Shown: piece by piece, positions 60,439-64,000 of the stretch
Layout: every line of letters begins with the position of its first letter
Numbering within the stretch: the stretch's first letter is position 1
Origin: Eledone cirrhosa
Lineage: Eukaryota
Reading direction: 5' to 3'
NCBI GenBank assembly: GCA_964016885.1
Contig: OZ024754.1
Span: 5,518,001-5,582,000, forward strand
DNA: 64,000 nt
Translations under genes and position numbers: made by a program
Notes under the pieces: model-generated
Told to the model about the DNA's origin: nothing
Databases searched by the model: none
What the model saw: the letters and a program-made list of their open reading frames with translations, nothing else

Positions 60439-60836
60439 AAGTTTTATTTAAATTGTTGGGTTACAACGAGTAAATATTTATAACTGATATAAAAGCACTC
60501 AACAAGTATTTGGAGTATATTTACGATATTAAATAAATGGAAACTATATTTATAAAACCATATTTATTTCATTATATATATTTCAGGGATATCACATTAA
60601 AAATATGGTATGCCTTCTTCAGACAAAATACAATATAAACAGTCTTATAACTACCAAATCAACTTTTTAAATGGAAGATGAAGTTGAAAGGTATGTCAAA
60701 TCTATCTATTTATAAGACTGTTTATATTGTATTTTGTCTGAAGAAGGCATACCATATTTTTAATGTGATATCCCTGAAATATATATAATGAAATAAATAT
60801 GGTTTTATAAATATAGTTTCCATTTATTTAATATCG

Positions 60837-60838
<2 letters not shown>
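60435..60838 (-). mobile_element. Family B fold-back element (129-bp arms)
   Basis: 60522-60650 is inverted relative to 60710-60838. Tail at 60435-60521; (TA)n flanks. Confidence 0.9.
60730..60795 (+). ncRNA. Type I hammerhead ribozyme (family B), mirrored on the minus strand at ~60565-60630
   Basis: tattttgt CTGAAGA agg...cct GAAA tatata TA atgaaata. Confidence 0.85.
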
Positions 60839-60867
<29 letters not shown>

Positions 60868-60870
60868 ATA

Positions 60871-61080
60871 TGCAACGTTTTTTGAAATATCCAGTTCTGC
60901 GTTTACAGATTGACTTTGTTAGTTTCAGAAGATCCCGTTAAGGGTGAAAGCAGCGATTCTTTGCTTAAACTTTAATCTGTTATTTTAATAAATATTTGCT
61001 CTACGGTTCTTATATATTTGATATATATTTTCCTTATCGAGCCCTCTTTGGATTTTAGTCTTCAATTTTATTATTATTTC
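60871..61080 (+). mobile_element. Family D non-inverted copy with a mutated complete hammerhead (60906-60979)
   Basis: agttt CAGAAGA tccc-gttaa-gggt GAAA gcag..ttgc TT aaact, with distal stem cagattga/ttaatctg. Further single arms at 23342-23382, 61919-61960 and, diverged, at ~39175 and ~39319. Confidence 0.75.
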
Positions 61081-61554
61081 TATATATGTGTATATATATA
61101 TTTATATATATAGCACGTGAGACATGAAATATGAAAAAATGTAAATCTAACAAAAATGCAATGGGAAATCAAATCAAAGGAGAATAGATTTTACATAACC
61201 GTGTATTGGGTGTGTGTGGGCGATAGTGATGTGATGATGGGGCCACTAGGGTTTACAATCTCCTCACTACCAGCACTGTTATTTATAACCTCCAACAGCC
61301 GGTGTGATGTTTCGAATACATTTTAGAAGAAGTCTACTTTGAAGAGACATGAGTACGCCGCCATGTGCTAGGTTTCGGCGTGTGTGTATGTGAATGTGTT
61401 GTCTATGATGAGGGCAGTGGTCGGATTAAGCCAAGAATGGCACGTGGCAACCGTTGTTCACGCATGCAAGAAGGGCGGAACCGGGTTTCTATAGTTCGAA
61501 TCGAAATGGCGGAATTTTGGCATTTTTATTTGAAGTTTTTTTTAATATATATAT

Positions 61555-61590
61555 AAGCATATACATATACTCGATTCCTTACACATATAC

Positions 61591-61643
<53 letters not shown>

Positions 61644-61784
61644 CATATACATATACTCGCTTCCTTACACATATACGTATATATATATATAAGCATATAC
61701 ATACACTCGCTTCCTTACACATATACGTATATATATATATATATATATAAGCATATACATATACTCGCTTCCTTACACATATAC

Positions 61785-61817
<33 letters not shown>

Positions 61818-61901
61818 CATATACATATACACGCTTCTTTACACATATACGTATATATATATATAAGCATATACATATACTCGCTTCCTTACACATATAC
61901 G
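61555..61901. repeat. Six copies of aagcatatacatatactcgcttccttacacatatacg separated by variable (TA)n
   Basis: Starts at 61555, 61641, 61691, 61749, 61815 and 61865. Confidence 0.9.
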
Positions 61902-62076
61902 TATATATATATCTATATAAGCAGCGATTCTTTGCTTAAACTTTAATCTGTTATTTATTATATATGTGTGTGTGTGTGTATGTGTGTATGTATGTATATA
62001 TATATATATATATATATACATACATATATATATATGTGTGTGTGTATGTTTCTGTTTGTGTGTGTCTGTATGTATG

Positions 62077-62119
<43 letters not shown>

Positions 62120-62194
62120 CTGTATGTCTGTGTATGAGTGCATGTGTGTGTATGTATGTGTACGTGTGTGTGTATTCTTTATCATTTTTTTTTC

Positions 62195-62257
<63 letters not shown>

Positions 62258-62283
62258 ACATATATCTATATCTATCTGTCTCT

Positions 62284-62324
<41 letters not shown>

Positions 62325-62845
62325 TCTGTGGGTGGGTGTATGTGTGTTTGGGTCGGTGTGTTTGTTTGTTTGTGAGAGGTGTATAGGGTGAGGGGAGACT
62401 GTCAAGACACCGTGCATATAGAAAGAATAAGAAACGGCTTAAATAATAGGTAAATAATCTGAGTAATAAAATAATAAGTGGAAGTCGTATCCAGAGATAG
62501 GTCTAGAGGAGGGGCTGGTTGAAAAAAAAACAAAGAAGCAAATGAAAGGGAGTGAAGAAATTAGAGAGAGTGTGAGTGGAAAGATAGATATAAAGAGAAA
62601 AGACAGATGAGGTTGGATCACCAAATATGAGTAAATATCATAGCATTAGAGAAAATGGTTACCGGTGGGGGGATGGGATGGTGTCATTGGACAATTTTTG
62701 GCAATAGGGTAAAGATGCATCTTTGTTATATGTATATATATGATACACAAATACATAAATACGCTTATAGATAGATAGATATATGTACATATATATATAT
62801 ATATATATATATGTATACATACATATATACATATACACATATACA

Positions 62846-62897
<52 letters not shown>

Positions 62898-63030
62898 CAT
62901 ATATATATATACACATATATCTATATATGTATATGTATATATAAGTGTATATATATATATATATGTACATATATATATACATATACACACATATACATAT
63001 ATGTATATATATATATACATATATATTGAC

Positions 63031-63063
<33 letters not shown>

Positions 63064-63103
63064 TCTATATATCTCTATATATATGTATATGTATATATAA
63101 GTG

Positions 63104-63165
<62 letters not shown>

Positions 63166-63190
63166 AGTGTATATATATATATATATATAA

Positions 63191-63226
<36 letters not shown>

Positions 63227-63647
63227 ATGTATGTGTGTATGTGTGTATGTATATATATATACATACAAATATATGTGTGAGTGTATGTTTCTGTTTGTGT
63301 GTGTCTGTATGTATGTCTGTGTGTCTGTGTGTATGAGTGTGTGTGTGTGTATATATATATATGTCTGTCTGTGTATGAGTGTATGTGTGTGTATGTATGT
63401 GTGTGTGTGTGTGTGTGTGTATTCTTTATCATTTTTTTTTTCTTCGGAAAAGAAAAAAAAGCAAAGAAACAAAAGCAAAAACAAACAAACACACATACAA
63501 ACAAACCATTATGAAAAAATAACCAGCCCCCTTCTAAAACAATGGGTATTTCTGAGGCAGGTAGAAGATTCGAAAGATTAAATACATTGGACTGGCATTA
63601 ATTCTCTGCGACACTCTCCATTTAATTCCTAAAAAGCCACCAGAAAT

Positions 63648-64000
63648 CTGCTGCTGCTACTGTTACTGTTGTTGTTGTTTTTGTTGTTGGTGGTGGTGGT
63701 GGTGGTGCTGTGGTGGTGTTGTTGTTGTTGGTGGTGGTGTTATTGGTGGTGGTGTTGTTGGTGGTGGTGTTATTGGTGGTTCTGGTGCTACTGCTGTTGT
63801 TGTTGGTGGTGGTGGTGGTGGTGCTGTGGTGGTGTTGTTGTTGGTGGTGGTGGTGTTATTGGTGGTGGTGCTGTGGTGGTGGTGCTGTTGTTGGTGGTGG
63901 TGTTATTGGTGGTCCTGGTGCTGCTGCTGTTGTTGTTGGTGGTGGTCGTGGTGGCGGTGGTGCTGTGGTGGTGTTGTTGTTGTTGGTGGTGGTGTTATTG
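63648..64000. repeat. (GGT/GTT/GCT)n array running off the window
   Basis: Direct reading. Confidence 0.95.

Noticed and set aside
61555-61901. CRISPR-like repeat-spacer appearance (also 10812-10964)
   Set aside because: Spacers are just (TA)n or absent, the context is eukaryotic, and there are no cas genes.

Overview
Eukaryotic, very AT-rich and microsatellite-saturated DNA. The SINE motifs and simple-repeat load suggest a cephalopod such as Octopus (inference). There is no intact gene, and almost all listed ORFs are translations of (TA)n/(TG)n/(GA)n or trinucleotide tracts. There are a few candidate isolated exons (best: 36587-36662), two tRNA-derived SINE groups, LINE 3' fragments (RTE-like, Ingi/Vingi-like), a piggyBac-like MITE, a probable solo LTR and an N gap. 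The main hidden structure is a dense set of short islands embedded in (TA)n tracts. They belong to about 8 or more unrelated sequence families, and many carry a type I hammerhead ribozyme or its 3' half. Many are fold-back palindromes in which only one arm carries an extra 3' tail. One long copy retains the C-terminus of a Penelope-like (PLE) ORF, which ties the system to TA-targeting PLE retrotransposons. Notable details: sequence variation that preserves the ribozyme structure, a U3-A8 compensatory core variant, fold-back points inside ribozyme stem II, and a tail motif shared across families.
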